Positions 38,082 to 48,836 of a stretch of 64,000 nt of DNA are shown one piece after another. This DNA is from Candidatus Hydrogenedens sp. (GTDB taxonomy: Bacteria > Hydrogenedentota > Hydrogenedentia > Hydrogenedentales > Hydrogenedentaceae): NCBI GenBank assembly GCA_049968235.1, contig JBMFRC010000001.1:357443-421442 (forward strand), read 5' to 3'. The notes below the pieces were generated by a model that was not told where the DNA came from, ran no database searches, and saw only the letters and a program-made list of their open reading frames with translations. Numbering within the stretch: position 1 is the stretch's first letter; each line of letters begins with the position of its first letter. The translations under genes and the position numbers were made by a program.

Positions 38082-39622
38082 TAAAAATAACCTCCACTGG
38101 TAATTTTTTCTTTCTCTTCAGAGGACATCTCTTCTTTTTGCCTTTCTTGAGGAGGGTTTATTTCCAATTTCTCTTTATCTGTTTTCATAACAGGTCGGGA
38201 AGAACACCATTTCTTCCATTCTTGATTAAAATAATTCCACATCTCTGTATGCTGTGTTTTATCGACACTTTTTTGTGGAAATCCTTTCTCATTCGGAGTT
38301 AATAATTCTTCAAATTCAGGTTCCGCACAAAACGAACAGGGTTGCCGTTTCCCATTTATATATTCTTCACGGAGTTGCTTTTGCTTCTGAGCATACTCGG
38401 AACATTCCTGCCATGTAAGCCATTGCTGCCAATTTAGATATTGCCATCCCTTTTTAATTAATGACCGACCTATGGTTCGCGAGGGAAGATATAACTCTGA
38501 AAAGATGATTCGCTCCTGGGGCAGTTTCTTTTTTTCACCCTTCCACCAATCGAGTAAAGGTAAAGCAATTCCATCCCATTGGGGGTCTGTCCATGTTATT
38601 CCGAGAAACATCAAAAGTGTCGGGAACATATCTACCAGAGATACCTCTTCGTCTATCCTCCGCATTTGTGAGTTTATATAAGGAGCATGAATAATAAGTG
38701 GAACATGTATAGTCTCAAGATACAGTCGCCAGGCATGCTCAAGAAAACCGTGGTCTAAAAATTCTTCTCCATGGTCTGCAGTAAACAACCAGATAGCATT
38801 TCGATTTGCCCGTAGTTTCTTTAATGAATTATAGAGTGTCTTTATACAATCATCTGTAAGTGCAATTTCTGCGTCATAACGAAGGACAAGGTCTTCAAAA
38901 CGAACATCACCGGGACCAAACCCCTGTTGAACTAACTCGGGCAAATGAAAACGAATTTCATCATATAAACGAAGAGGTTTCGAATAAATTCTATCCTCAA
39001 ATCGGAGATAGTAAGAAGGAGGAGGGTCATAAGGTTCGTGGGGGTCATAAATATGAACATACATAAAAAGAGGCTTATTGTTATCTAAGGTATTTATGTA
39101 TTTTAAAATTTCCTCCACAAGTTTAACCCCATTTCCACTGATACCAAACTGCCTTGTTAGCACTTTTATATAATCAAAACCTTTCCCGAACATTTGTTCT
39201 TCCAGTGCAGGATGGTCTGTAAAAAGTAACATTGTATAACCTTGATTTTTGAGAATCTCAGACAGTGTTGTAACTGATGGGTCAATTTGTGCTCGCCAGC
39301 CTGTACTCCATGGAGTAGAAGATGGGTAGCGTCCCATTAAAATAGCACTCACACTTTCACATGTATATGTCGAAGCGGAATAGGCTTTTTCAAAGATAAG
39401 GCTTTGTTGAGCAATTTCATCTATAAACGGACTGGTATTACGATGATACCCGTAAACTCCTAAATGGTCTGCACGAAGAGAATCGACCACGATAAAAAAT
39501 ATATCCGGCGATACAGTGCCATTATTTATATTCGATGAAAGAGGCGCATCCGCTCTACTACATTCAAAGCAAAAAAAAGAAAGGAACAAAATTAAAACCA
39601 TGCTTTTTATGCTTGCAGACAT
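38081..39622 (-). CDS. sulfatase-family (alkaline phosphatase superfamily) enzyme, LtaS/EptA-like with Ser/Thr nucleophile
   Basis: FFIVVDSLRADHLGVYGY ... SASTYTCESVSAILMGRYP. No C-x-P-x-R formylglycine motif, so it is transferase-like rather than a true sulfatase. N-terminal signal/TM. Confidence 0.7.
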   Translation of the reverse strand: MSASIKSMVLILFLSFFCFECSRADAPLSSNINNGTVSPDIFFIVVDSLRADHLGVYGYHRNTSPFIDEIAQQSLIFEKAYSASTYTCESVSAILMGRYPSSTPWSTGWRAQIDPSVTTLSEILKNQGYTMLLFTDHPALEEQMFGKGFDYIKVLTRQFGISGNGVKLVEEILKYINTLDNNKPLFMYVHIYDPHEPYDPPPSYYLRFEDRIYSKPLRLYDEIRFHLPELVQQGFGPGDVRFEDLVLRYDAEIALTDDCIKTLYNSLKKLRANRNAIWLFTADHGEEFLDHGFLEHAWRLYLETIHVPLIIHAPYINSQMRRIDEEVSLVDMFPTLLMFLGITWTDPQWDGIALPLLDWWKGEKKKLPQERIIFSELYLPSRTIGRSLIKKGWQYLNWQQWLTWQECSEYAQKQKQLREEYINGKRQPCSFCAEPEFEELLTPNEKGFPQKSVDKTQHTEMWNYFNQEWKKWCSSRPVMKTDKEKLEINPPQERQKEEMSSEEKEKITSGGYF

Positions 39623-39763
39623 TGTTATTCACTTATATTATTATATTAAATGAGTTCATACTTGAAATTTACTTTATCGTATTAGTATACAAAATTGAAG
39701 GATATGTATTAATACTGTAAGGCAAGAATTCATAATAAAGTTGAAAATAATTCTGTGGGGGAA

Positions 39764-40834
39764 TTATGCACGATATAAAGAATGTCCAATACCCATTGCT
39801 TCGCGAACGGATTCCACCGTTCTCAATGCAACAGGAGTAACTTTTTGGGCATTAGCACGAAGGAAAGATTCTATATAATCCTGATTATTATCGGGTTGAT
39901 TGTATTTTTCAATAATGGGCGCATTAAATTCTGATACCAATCGAGCAACTTCTTGCTTTAATTTCCCATAAAACTTCTCGCCATTCCGATATTTTTGAAC
40001 AAAATCTAAATATAAATGTTCGGGAGCCAGTAAGGAAAGGAGTCTGTATAAAACACCGACCCCCGCTGGCATATGAGGAATAATAGCATCCGGGTCATTA
40101 CTTTCTACAGGTAAGGGTAAGGGGTCTGTTGATGTCTCCACAGCACGAATTTTCTTTAATACAGTCTCCGGGTCATCCAACAAATCTAAAGTATTGTTTT
40201 CACTCTTACCCATTTTGGAAGCGCCATCCAAACCGGGAAGTCGAAGTGCTTCTCTGCCCACTGCCTGAGGTACATGAAGTGTCTCACCAAAACGACTATT
40301 AAACCGCTGGGCAATATCAATCGCCATCTCTACATGCTGACGCTGGTCGTCGCCTACAGGAACTTTATCCGCCTGCACTATTAAAATATCTGCTGCCATT
40401 AGAACCGGATAACCTAACAGTCCGTAGGAAAGAGGATTCCCATCGATTCTGGCATCTTCCTGTAGTTTCGACATTTTATCTTTGTAGGTGGTTCCGCGTT
40501 CTAAAAAACCAATATTTGTAATCATCCCCAGTAATAAAGTTAACTCCGCGGTACAAGGCAAATCACTTTGCCGGTAGATAATAGATTTGTTCGGGTCTAA
40601 ACCACAGGCAACATAAGTTCGGAGCATATCAATTGTATTCTGATAGATATTCTCTCGCGTGGTAATTGTCGTTAGAGCATGATAATCTGCAACAAAATAA
40701 TAACATGTAGATGTGTCTAATTCCTGAAGTTTTAAAAAATGTCGAATAGCACCAAAATAGTTCCCGTAATGTAATCTACCTGTAGGACGAATTCCAGATA
40801 AAATAACTTCTCTTTTCTTCAATTGTTCAACCAT
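39764..40834 (-). CDS. trpS: tryptophan--tRNA ligase
   Basis: Class I HIGH-like (SGIRPTGRLHYGNYFG) and KMSKS (KMGKSENN) motifs; 356 aa. Confidence 0.85.
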   Translation of the reverse strand: MVEQLKKREVILSGIRPTGRLHYGNYFGAIRHFLKLQELDTSTCYYFVADYHALTTITTRENIYQNTIDMLRTYVACGLDPNKSIIYRQSDLPCTAELTLLLGMITNIGFLERGTTYKDKMSKLQEDARIDGNPLSYGLLGYPVLMAADILIVQADKVPVGDDQRQHVEMAIDIAQRFNSRFGETLHVPQAVGREALRLPGLDGASKMGKSENNTLDLLDDPETVLKKIRAVETSTDPLPLPVESNDPDAIIPHMPAGVGVLYRLLSLLAPEHLYLDFVQKYRNGEKFYGKLKQEVARLVSEFNAPIIEKYNQPDNNQDYIESFLRANAQKVTPVALRTVESVREAMGIGHSLYRA

Positions 40835-41126
40835 AGTAAAACCTCTCTTACATGTTTTACAAAGAATATGGGATAAAATGTGTAATATTGGAACTAATAT
40901 TATATAAAAAATAATTATCGATACTCTAATAGAGGTATGTAAATACTGTATTTTTTGTGGTGATTTATTTTAATTAAGGTTAAATATACGATTTAGAGGG
41001 GATTTGCATTTTGATTTTTAGATTTGTTAAATATTAGAATATGTTATATAACGAACGGTAAGTAGAACATTAAAGTAAAAATAATTATAAAAAAATTAAA
41101 CCAAAAACCTATTGGAGGATTTCAAT

Positions 41127-43121
41127 ATGGCAGAAGAAAAAAAATCAATTAGTTCACTGATGGTAGAAAATAGAACTTTTCCACCATCTGAAGAAGTTCG
41201 AAAAAGAGCCCACATCAAATCGTTCGATGAGTATTATCAGATGTGGAAGCGGTCTATAGATGACTGCGAAAATTTCTGGTTAGAACAGGCAGAAACCTTG
41301 TCCTGGTTCAAAAAGCCCACCAAAGCCCTGGAATATACATGGAACACAGAAGCACGGATAATCCGCCATACATGGTTCGCCGATGGTGAATTAAATGTGA
41401 CTTATAACTGCCTTGACCGTCATCTAAATACACCAATAGCAAAGAAAACCGCTATTATCTGGCAGGGTGAACCTGAAGAAGATGTAAAACACATTACTTA
41501 TGAGGAACTTCATAAAGAAGTTTGTAAGTTCGCAAATGTATTAAAGTCTTTAGGTGTAAAGAAGGGTGACCGTGTATGTATTTACCTACCTATGATACTT
41601 GAACTACCGATTGTTATGCTTGCTTGTGCTCGTATTGGTGCCATTCATTCTATAGTATTTGGTGGTTTCAGTGCGGAATCTCTTCGTGACCGCATCAACG
41701 ATTCTTCATGCAAAATCCTTATTACATCAAATACCTCTTTGCGTTCCGGCAAGTCCATTCATCTAAAGGAGATTGCTAATAACGCAATGAAAGAAACTCC
41801 GTCGATTGAAAAATGTGTTGTCGTGAAAAGAAATAATGAGCCTTGTTCCATGACCGAAGGTCGGGATTTATGGTATGACGAACTCATGGCAAAGGCATCC
41901 GATGTTTGTGAACCTGAAAAGATGAATGCAGAAGATTATTTATTCATCCTTTATACATCCGGTTCCACCGGCAAACCTAAGGGGGTAGTTCATAGTACAG
42001 CAGGTTATTTACTTCATGTGTCTCTATCGCATAAATATATCTTTGATATTCACGATGATGATATTTATTGGTGTACTGCAGACATCGGTTGGGTTACAGG
42101 TCATAGTTATATTGTTTACGGTCCACTTTGCAACGGTGCTACAACCGTTATGTTTGAGGGTGTTCCTACTTATCCTGATGCAGGTCGTTTCTGGCATATC
42201 GTTGATAAATTTAAGTGTACCGTTATCTACACAGCACCCACTGCCATTCGCACACTCATCCAGAAAGGTGATGAATGGCCTGCTAAGTATGATTTAAGTT
42301 CACTTCGTGTATTAGGTTCCGTAGGTGAACCGATTAATCCCGAAGCTTGGATATGGTACTACGAAAAGATTGGAAGAGGTCGTTGCCCGATTGTGGATAC
42401 ATGGTGGCAGACAGAAACCGGCGGTATCTTAATTACACCTCTTCCCGGTGCACATACACTGAAGCCCGGAAGTGCTGGTAGACCATTCTTCGGTGTTGAC
42501 CCTGTTATTCTAAGAGATGACGGAACAGAAGTAGATGCCAATGAAGGTGGGAAACTTTGTATTCGTAAACCCTGGCCGGGCATGATGAGGACCACATGGG
42601 GCGACCATGATAGGTTTATTGATACCTACTTTACTATGTATAAGAACCTGTACTTCACAGGTGATGGTTGCAGACGGGACGAAGACGGTGACTACTGGTT
42701 AATGGGTCGTATTGACGATGTGGTCAATGTCTCCGGTCACCGTATTGGAACGGCAGAAGTAGAAAGTGCTTTGGTCTCCCATGAAAAAGTCGCAGAAGCG
42801 GCAGTTGCTCCAATGCCTCATCCTATTAAAGGGCAAGCTTTATATGCTTATGTAACTCTGGTCGCAGGTGTTGAAGAAAGTGAAGAACTCCGGAAAGAAC
42901 TGGTTATGCATGTCCGTAAAGAAATCGGACCTATTGCCGCACCGGATGTTATTCAATTTGCCCGTGCATTACCCAAGACCCGTTCCGGTAAGATTATGCG
43001 TCGTATCCTTCGTAAAATTGCCGAAAATGACTTTAGCAATTTAGGTGATACCACTACATTGGCTGACCCGAAAGTCGTCGAAGAACTCGTTGAAGGCAGA
43101 AAAGCCTTACTTAAAGATTAA
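41127..43121 (+). CDS. acs: acetyl-CoA synthetase (acetate--CoA ligase)
   Basis: ATG at 41127 with a GGAGGA RBS. AMP-binding motif [12 protein letters not shown], plus WWQTETGG and a conserved Acs C-terminus ([13 protein letters not shown]). Confidence 0.9.
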   Translation: MAEEKKSISSLMVENRTFPPSEEVRKRAHIKSFDEYYQMWKRSIDDCENFWLEQAETLSWFKKPTKALEYTWNTEARIIRHTWFADGELNVTYNCLDRHLNTPIAKKTAIIWQGEPEEDVKHITYEELHKEVCKFANVLKSLGVKKGDRVCIYLPMILELPIVMLACARIGAIHSIVFGGFSAESLRDRINDSSCKILITSNTSLRSGKSIHLKEIANNAMKETPSIEKCVVVKRNNEPCSMTEGRDLWYDELMAKASDVCEPEKMNAEDYLFILYTSGSTGKPKGVVHSTAGYLLHVSLSHKYIFDIHDDDIYWCTADIGWVTGHSYIVYGPLCNGATTVMFEGVPTYPDAGRFWHIVDKFKCTVIYTAPTAIRTLIQKGDEWPAKYDLSSLRVLGSVGEPINPEAWIWYYEKIGRGRCPIVDTWWQTETGGILITPLPGAHTLKPGSAGRPFFGVDPVILRDDGTEVDANEGGKLCIRKPWPGMMRTTWGDHDRFIDTYFTMYKNLYFTGDGCRRDEDGDYWLMGRIDDVVNVSGHRIGTAEVESALVSHEKVAEAAVAPMPHPIKGQALYAYVTLVAGVEESEELRKELVMHVRKEIGPIAAPDVIQFARALPKTRSGKIMRRILRKIAENDFSNLGDTTTLADPKVVEELVEGRKALLKD

Positions 43122-43152
43122 TATGAATACTTTTTGTTAAAAGAACTTTTTG

Positions 43153-43195
43153 GAGCCGTGAGATGTCGCTACATTATACTCACGGCTCTTATTAA
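43153..43195 (+). terminator. rho-independent terminator candidate downstream of acs
   Basis: Perfect 10-bp inverted repeat gagccgtgag/ctcacggctc with a 16-nt loop, followed by ttattaaatt. Confidence 0.45.
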
Positions 43196-43226
43196 ATTAA
43201 AAATAAATCTCTGGAGGGTTTTAAGT

Positions 43227-44618
43227 ATGAGTGAACAAAAAACTCAAAATCGTTGGATTGTTGTTATTGGAGCACTTATTGTTCAGGTAAGTCTGGGTGC
43301 TGTCTATATCTGGAGTGTATTTCAAACTCCACTCAAAGCAGCCTTCCCCACATGGACTGAAACGCAAGTAACTTATCCATCACAGATTGTGCTTGCCACA
43401 TTTGCCCTCGCTGTTATTATTGGGGGAAGAATTCAAGATAAGTTAGGACCCCGAATTGTAGGAATTTCTGGCGGAATTATTTTAGGGGTTGGACTTATTC
43501 TGGCTAAATTCACACAAAATTTTATATCCTCTCCTGAAATGGCTTTATACTGGCTTATCTTTTCCTTCTCTATATTAGGTGGATTGGGAATTGGTTTCGC
43601 TTATGTTTGTCCTATTGCCACCTGTGTAAAATGGTTTCCGGATAAAAGAGGTTTAATTACTGGATTAGCAGTTGCAGGTTTCGGTGCGGGTGCCTTTTTC
43701 TTCGCTCCTTTAGCCAAAGCATTAATATCGGGTGGGGCATACGAAATTATGACCGTGAAACTTTTCTCGCTACCTCAGGTCGGTGTATTCAATACTTTTC
43801 TTACACTCGGGGTTATTTTCCTCGTTGCCGTTGTATTTGGTTCTTATCTGTTAAAAAATCCTCCCGCAGGTTATAAACCCGCAGGTTGGAATCCTCCACA
43901 ACCTTCAGGTGGAGCAGGAACTCGTGTCGATTATAGTCCCACAGAAATGTTAGCAACCCCTGCTTTCTGGTTGCTCTGGATTACTTATTTTGCAGGTTGC
44001 ACAGCAGGTTTGCAAGTAATTATGAAAGCATCCCCTATCTGGCAATCTTTCAGCGTGTCCGCAGTAACTACAAGACCTGTCCCTGAAGATATATTTAGTG
44101 GAATAGTCTCCAAAGGAGCCATGGCTGTTTCTCTTATCGCTATATTTAATGCAGTGGGACGAATCTTCTGGGGTAAGGTCTCCGATAATATCGGTAGAAA
44201 AGCAACCTTAACTATTATGTTCTTGTTATGTGGCATTGCTATGTTACTATTAAACTATTTGAAAACATATCCTTTATATATTTTGGGAATAGGTGTTGTA
44301 GGATTATGCTTTGGTGGATACCTGGCGTTGTATCCTGCTGTCATAACAGATTACTATGGAACAAAGAATGTTGGTATCAATTACGGTCTGATGTTTACCG
44401 CATACGGAGCAGGGGGACTGGCGGGTCCTTATCTTGCTGCAAAATTAATGACTGTTGCAGAAAAAGTTCCTTATATAATCACGGAAAAAGGTGCTCAAAT
44501 TACAAAAGAATTTGCTTTAGGTAGTTATAGCACCGCATTTATTGTTAGCGGTATTGCCTGTCTTGTAGCAGGTGCTATCATACTTATTATTCAGCCTCCG
44601 AAAACAGCCAGTAATTAA
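43227..44618 (+). CDS. MFS transporter, oxalate/formate antiporter (OFA)-like family
   Basis: ATG at 43227 with a GGAGGG RBS. 12 TM. OFA-like N-terminus RWIVVIGALIVQVSLGAVYIWSVF. Confidence 0.7.
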   Translation: MSEQKTQNRWIVVIGALIVQVSLGAVYIWSVFQTPLKAAFPTWTETQVTYPSQIVLATFALAVIIGGRIQDKLGPRIVGISGGIILGVGLILAKFTQNFISSPEMALYWLIFSFSILGGLGIGFAYVCPIATCVKWFPDKRGLITGLAVAGFGAGAFFFAPLAKALISGGAYEIMTVKLFSLPQVGVFNTFLTLGVIFLVAVVFGSYLLKNPPAGYKPAGWNPPQPSGGAGTRVDYSPTEMLATPAFWLLWITYFAGCTAGLQVIMKASPIWQSFSVSAVTTRPVPEDIFSGIVSKGAMAVSLIAIFNAVGRIFWGKVSDNIGRKATLTIMFLLCGIAMLLLNYLKTYPLYILGIGVVGLCFGGYLALYPAVITDYYGTKNVGINYGLMFTAYGAGGLAGPYLAAKLMTVAEKVPYIITEKGAQITKEFALGSYSTAFIVSGIACLVAGAIILIIQPPKTASN

Positions 44619-44642
44619 AAACATATCCAAATTTATACAATA

Positions 44643-44680
44643 GGGTAGAGAATATTATTTTCTCTATCCTATTTTTTTCG
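44643..44680 (+). terminator. rho-independent terminator candidate between convergent MFS and O-antigen ligase genes
   Basis: Stem gggtagagaa/ttctctatcc (one G-U), 7-nt loop, followed by tatttttttcg. Confidence 0.5.
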
Positions 44681-44697
44681 CTGGATATAAAGAATAC

Positions 44698-46176
44698 TCA
44701 GGGTAATTCCTCTTTTTTAGAAACAGGAGAAATTTCATCTTGCAGGATTATGAATATTGCCAAAGAAAAAGCAAGATATACCTGCCCAATAGGATAGGAA
44801 AGGCGGGGAAAAGCCAGTGACATAACCACTATTTGTGAAACTAATGCACACCAGTAACCAATCCAAAAACCTTTATCTTCTCCCTGATATTCAACATTGA
44901 CAAGATAACCACTCCGCAACATAATACCTACTAAAGCAAAAAGCATAATACAAAACCCAATAATCCCACCTTTGAACAACCAATATACCCAAAGATTATG
45001 TAAAGTCTGATAAGTGGAAAGAGCATACAAATCCTGCCAAAAATTCGAGGCTAAACCCATTCCTTCAAACTGGCTTCCCATCCCGGTCCCTAACAATGGG
45101 GATTTTTTAAAGTTTTCAAGGGCTCCCGTAACTTCAACCAACCGTGCCTGAAGGGAAATACCTAAATCCGAATTCGTCCAGGATAATATGTCTAAATGGA
45201 AAAGAAGAACCAGGGTAAAAAAGATAACGGTTAAGCATAACATAAACATAACAAATGCTAAAGGTCGCAGTCGTGAGGGCAAGTAGATAATGAATACAAG
45301 GACGCTGCCAAAAAATACGCTAACCAATGCAGTTTTCATCATTAATATGAAAAGAGGAAGGGTAAAAAATGCAACAAGAATAAGTGCCTTTAATTTTTCT
45401 TTATACTCTTTCTGGTAGAAAAACTGACTTAGAAATATAATGAAAAATATTTCAAAGAACATGTGCCCATTTAAGCGAACTTCCTGTAATCGGAAAGGAC
45501 CTATTTTAGCCGGTACAAATTCCCCTAAATAATTCTGAAAACGGAGTACTTTCCCTGTAAAAAAAACATAAATAAATATCGCACAGGTGGCAATTCCCAA
45601 TAATACCGTCAGTATAAAAATTATATTGATAGTCTTCTTTAAAGAAGTCAGGGATTTCCATGCGTGTGGAAAGATAATAGCAGAGAGGAAGAAGAATGGG
45701 AATCGTGTTTCTGCTATGACACGTTGCCAATTGTGACCGGATACAAATCCAATGGTAGCAATATAAACAAAAAACATCAAATACAGGAGGGCGAAATACA
45801 GGAAAATGCTCCACCGCCAATATACTCGTTCAAGAACAAGGTTAACAAAAAAATTTCCTAAAAACATGAACATCATAATTTCACGGGGATGCAATTCCAT
45901 ACCTGCAACAGGAAAAATCCTTATGGAAATATAATAATGATTAAGCATCATAAACACGAGAAAGATAGTGGCAGAGTAATTCAGGGGAAGTAAAAAATAT
46001 AAAACCGCTAAAGGAGCGGATAAACCCAAAAGAAGGACATATAAAAAAGGAAGTTTTATGATGAAGAGCAAAAAAATAAGCCCCAAACCATAAAGAAGTG
46101 TGCAAAGAAAAACAACAATCGGGAGGGATGTTTTTGTTAAAAACAATTTTTTTTCTTGGGATATTACTTTCTGCAC
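44698..46176 (-). CDS. O-antigen ligase/polymerase (Wzy_C) family membrane protein
   Basis: 492 aa, about 12 TM. Loop motif NFKKSPLLGTGMGSQFEG ... TLHNLWVYWLFKGGIIG is typical of the Wzy_C family. Confidence 0.55.
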   Translation of the reverse strand: MQKVISQEKKLFLTKTSLPIVVFLCTLLYGLGLIFLLFIIKLPFLYVLLLGLSAPLAVLYFLLPLNYSATIFLVFMMLNHYYISIRIFPVAGMELHPREIMMFMFLGNFFVNLVLERVYWRWSIFLYFALLYLMFFVYIATIGFVSGHNWQRVIAETRFPFFFLSAIIFPHAWKSLTSLKKTINIIFILTVLLGIATCAIFIYVFFTGKVLRFQNYLGEFVPAKIGPFRLQEVRLNGHMFFEIFFIIFLSQFFYQKEYKEKLKALILVAFFTLPLFILMMKTALVSVFFGSVLVFIIYLPSRLRPLAFVMFMLCLTVIFFTLVLLFHLDILSWTNSDLGISLQARLVEVTGALENFKKSPLLGTGMGSQFEGMGLASNFWQDLYALSTYQTLHNLWVYWLFKGGIIGFCIMLFALVGIMLRSGYLVNVEYQGEDKGFWIGYWCALVSQIVVMSLAFPRLSYPIGQVYLAFSLAIFIILQDEISPVSKKEELP

Positions 46177-46235
46177 TGTTGTTTCCGTTTTTATATTACC
46201 CTACAATAAACCGCAATTTAATTTCTAATTGGTTA

Positions 46236-47966
46236 TTAACTTGCCAGACCTTTCTCGTGTTCTTCCGCCAACTGTTCAATAAAATCCAATTCCAGTTTGG
46301 GGAATAGAACTTTGGGCGGGTTGAGAAGCCCCCCCGGGGCTAAAGGCTTTGTAATTTCTTCCCATATATCGTCTCCCCCTTCGGGACCCTGTTGCTTTAT
46401 TTCATAATTTAAGATAGAACACAATTCTGAACTACCATCTGGTATAAAGGGGTTCATAAGGATTGTTAACGCCTTAACAACCTGAACACATACATAAAGG
46501 GTCGTTCCCGTTCTTGCTATATCCGTTTTTCGAGTTGTCCAGGGTTGTTTGGAGTCAAAATAGACATTGGCTTTACGGGCAAGATCTACCCATCGTTCTA
46601 AGGCTAAACGGAAACGGAATGTTTCAATACTTTCAGCAACTCCTTCTTTTGCTGTAGCAATGGCAGAAAGCATGGCTTTATCCGCTTCATCCATTGTCCC
46701 GGTGGAAGGAACTTTACCTTCAAAGTTCTTGATAATCATTGTTAAAGTTCGATGAACAAAATTTCCAACAATATCACAAAGTTCCCCATTATAATGGTTA
46801 CGAAATTCATCCCAATCAAAATCAGAATCCTTACTCTCCGGCATAATAGAACATATATAGTATCGAATAGCGTTTGTCCCTAATTTGTCAATAGCCCAGT
46901 TTACACGAATCATATTACCTTTGGACTTAGAACCCTTTTCGGACTTTCCTGTTTTGCGATTAAAAATATTCAGGTATTCATTGCCAACCACATTGTCTGC
47001 CATAATAAAATTATCTTGTCCCATTAGCATAGCAGGGAAAATAACGGCATGGAAAGGAACATTATCTTTACCAATAAAATGAATTAGCCTCGTATCTGGA
47101 TTTTTCCACCAATCTTCCCATGCTTGCGGGTCATTATATTTGTCTATACCCCACTGCCTTGTATTGGTCACATAACCAATAGGGGCATCGAACCAGACAT
47201 AAATACGTTTATTTAATGCATCCGGATGAGTCAACGGAATAGGCACTCCCCAATCGGTATCTCGTGTGATACAACGGGGACGTAAATCATTTATCCAGCT
47301 CAAGGCTATACCACGGACATTACTTCGCCACTCCGGATGGGATTCTAACCAATGAGTAAGTCTTCCCTGAAATTTGGGCAAATCAAGAAACCAATGTAGA
47401 GATGTCTTTAATATAGGCGTGGAATTATCTCCAGGGATATTTGCACGAGGATTGACTAATTCCTTTGCAGTATATTGGGCTCCACACTTTTCGCATTCAT
47501 CACCATTAGCATCTTCATAACCACAACGGGGACATTGCCCTTTGACATAGCGGTCAGGTAAAAAGCGGTTTGTCTTCGTCGAATACCACAATTCCATTTC
47601 GCGTGGGAAAATATATTGTTTATTATAAAGGTTTGTAAAGAAAGATTGTGTGGTATCAATATGCAAATCCCATGAAGTTCTCCCGTAAATATCATACGAA
47701 ATCCCCAATCTTCGGAAGGCTTCCGCATTAGCATTATGATAACGGTCTATAACATCTTTGGGGGTCGTCCCTTCTTTCAATGCTGTTAAAGTAATGGGCA
47801 CGCCATACTCATCCGAACCGCCTATATATAGGACTTTCTGACCTCGAAGCCGTTGATAGCGGACATAAATATCCGCAGGCAAATAGGCTCCTGCAATATG
47901 TCCTAAATGAATATGTCCGTTAGCATAGGGTAATGCACTCGTAACTAAAATTTTTTTATAACCCAT
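46236..47966 (-). CDS. metG: methionine--tRNA ligase (core enzyme without C-terminal tRNA-binding/dimerisation domain)
   Basis: HIGH motif ALPYANGHIHLGH, zinc knuckle CPRCGYEDANGDECEKCG, KMSKS-like KGSKSKGN. Confidence 0.9.
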   Translation of the reverse strand: MGYKKILVTSALPYANGHIHLGHIAGAYLPADIYVRYQRLRGQKVLYIGGSDEYGVPITLTALKEGTTPKDVIDRYHNANAEAFRRLGISYDIYGRTSWDLHIDTTQSFFTNLYNKQYIFPREMELWYSTKTNRFLPDRYVKGQCPRCGYEDANGDECEKCGAQYTAKELVNPRANIPGDNSTPILKTSLHWFLDLPKFQGRLTHWLESHPEWRSNVRGIALSWINDLRPRCITRDTDWGVPIPLTHPDALNKRIYVWFDAPIGYVTNTRQWGIDKYNDPQAWEDWWKNPDTRLIHFIGKDNVPFHAVIFPAMLMGQDNFIMADNVVGNEYLNIFNRKTGKSEKGSKSKGNMIRVNWAIDKLGTNAIRYYICSIMPESKDSDFDWDEFRNHYNGELCDIVGNFVHRTLTMIIKNFEGKVPSTGTMDEADKAMLSAIATAKEGVAESIETFRFRLALERWVDLARKANVYFDSKQPWTTRKTDIARTGTTLYVCVQVVKALTILMNPFIPDGSSELCSILNYEIKQQGPEGGDDIWEEITKPLAPGGLLNPPKVLFPKLELDFIEQLAEEHEKGLAS

Positions 47967-48056
47967 GTGTTATTTATTCCTCAAAATATCTTTGGGTCTT
48001 GAATTTCTCTGGCGTTTGAAGTTCAAAAAATTAATAAAAAATTGCATGTCAAAAAA

Positions 48057-48833
48057 CTATTGTTCAAGCAATGACATCAGATACTGATAACTTCTTTCAG
48101 CACTGTCCAGTGAATTATTCTCAAAATCGGTATCCTGTTCTATAATCCATTCGCCGGAATTCATCTCTTTTACCTCTGCCAATACCCCTCGCCAATCTAT
48201 TTTTCCATTATTACCTAATTCCGTAAATTTTAAAGGTTCTATTTCGCGAACATCTTTTAAGTGGAACAAAGAAATTCTCGTATTGTATCGTTTTGCAATA
48301 AGTAAGGGGTTTTTGTGTGTGGCGACATAAGCCCAGCCCAGGTCTAATTCAATATTAATGCTCTGAGTATGAGTAACGAGTATATCTAAAAAATAGCCCT
48401 GTGCGGTGGCACTAAGTTCATGAGCATGATTGTGATAAGAAATGGAAAGCCCCTGTTGTTTTGCCTGATTACCTATTTGTTCCAGTTCATTGAGGACTGA
48501 AGATAAAAGGGTCTCATCTTGCCATATCTGAGGGTCAATCCATGGAACAACGACCTTGCTAATACCCGATTCTTGTACTTCATTGAAAAAACTCTGCGGG
48601 TTCTGTCTCAGCATTAAAAAGTCCACATGGGTGCTTATTGGTGTTAGATTATATTGTCGTAATTTTTTCACAAATTCTGGGATGGTCATCGTCCCTGTAT
48701 CTGCAATTTCTACATACTGAAACCCTATATCAGCAATTCGTTGAAGGGCTTTATCACAATCTTTTTTTAACTCATCACGAACTGTATAAAGTTGAAGTGC
48801 TATTATAGGAAATTGTGAATTGGAATGTGTCAT
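48057..48833 (-). CDS. sugar phosphate isomerase/epimerase (xylose isomerase-like TIM barrel) family protein
   Basis: IALQLYTVRDELKKD... N-terminus typical of AP endonuclease 2 / xylose-isomerase-like TIM barrel proteins. Confidence 0.65.
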   Translation of the reverse strand: MTHSNSQFPIIALQLYTVRDELKKDCDKALQRIADIGFQYVEIADTGTMTIPEFVKKLRQYNLTPISTHVDFLMLRQNPQSFFNEVQESGISKVVVPWIDPQIWQDETLLSSVLNELEQIGNQAKQQGLSISYHNHAHELSATAQGYFLDILVTHTQSINIELDLGWAYVATHKNPLLIAKRYNTRISLFHLKDVREIEPLKFTELGNNGKIDWRGVLAEVKEMNSGEWIIEQDTDFENNSLDSAERSYQYLMSLLEQ

Positions 48834-48836
48834 AAT

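Noticed and set aside
39747-39767. Hairpin ataattc-N7-gaattat overlapping the trpS stop as a terminator
   Set aside because: The stem is 7 bp and entirely A/T with a weak T-run. It is too marginal to call.
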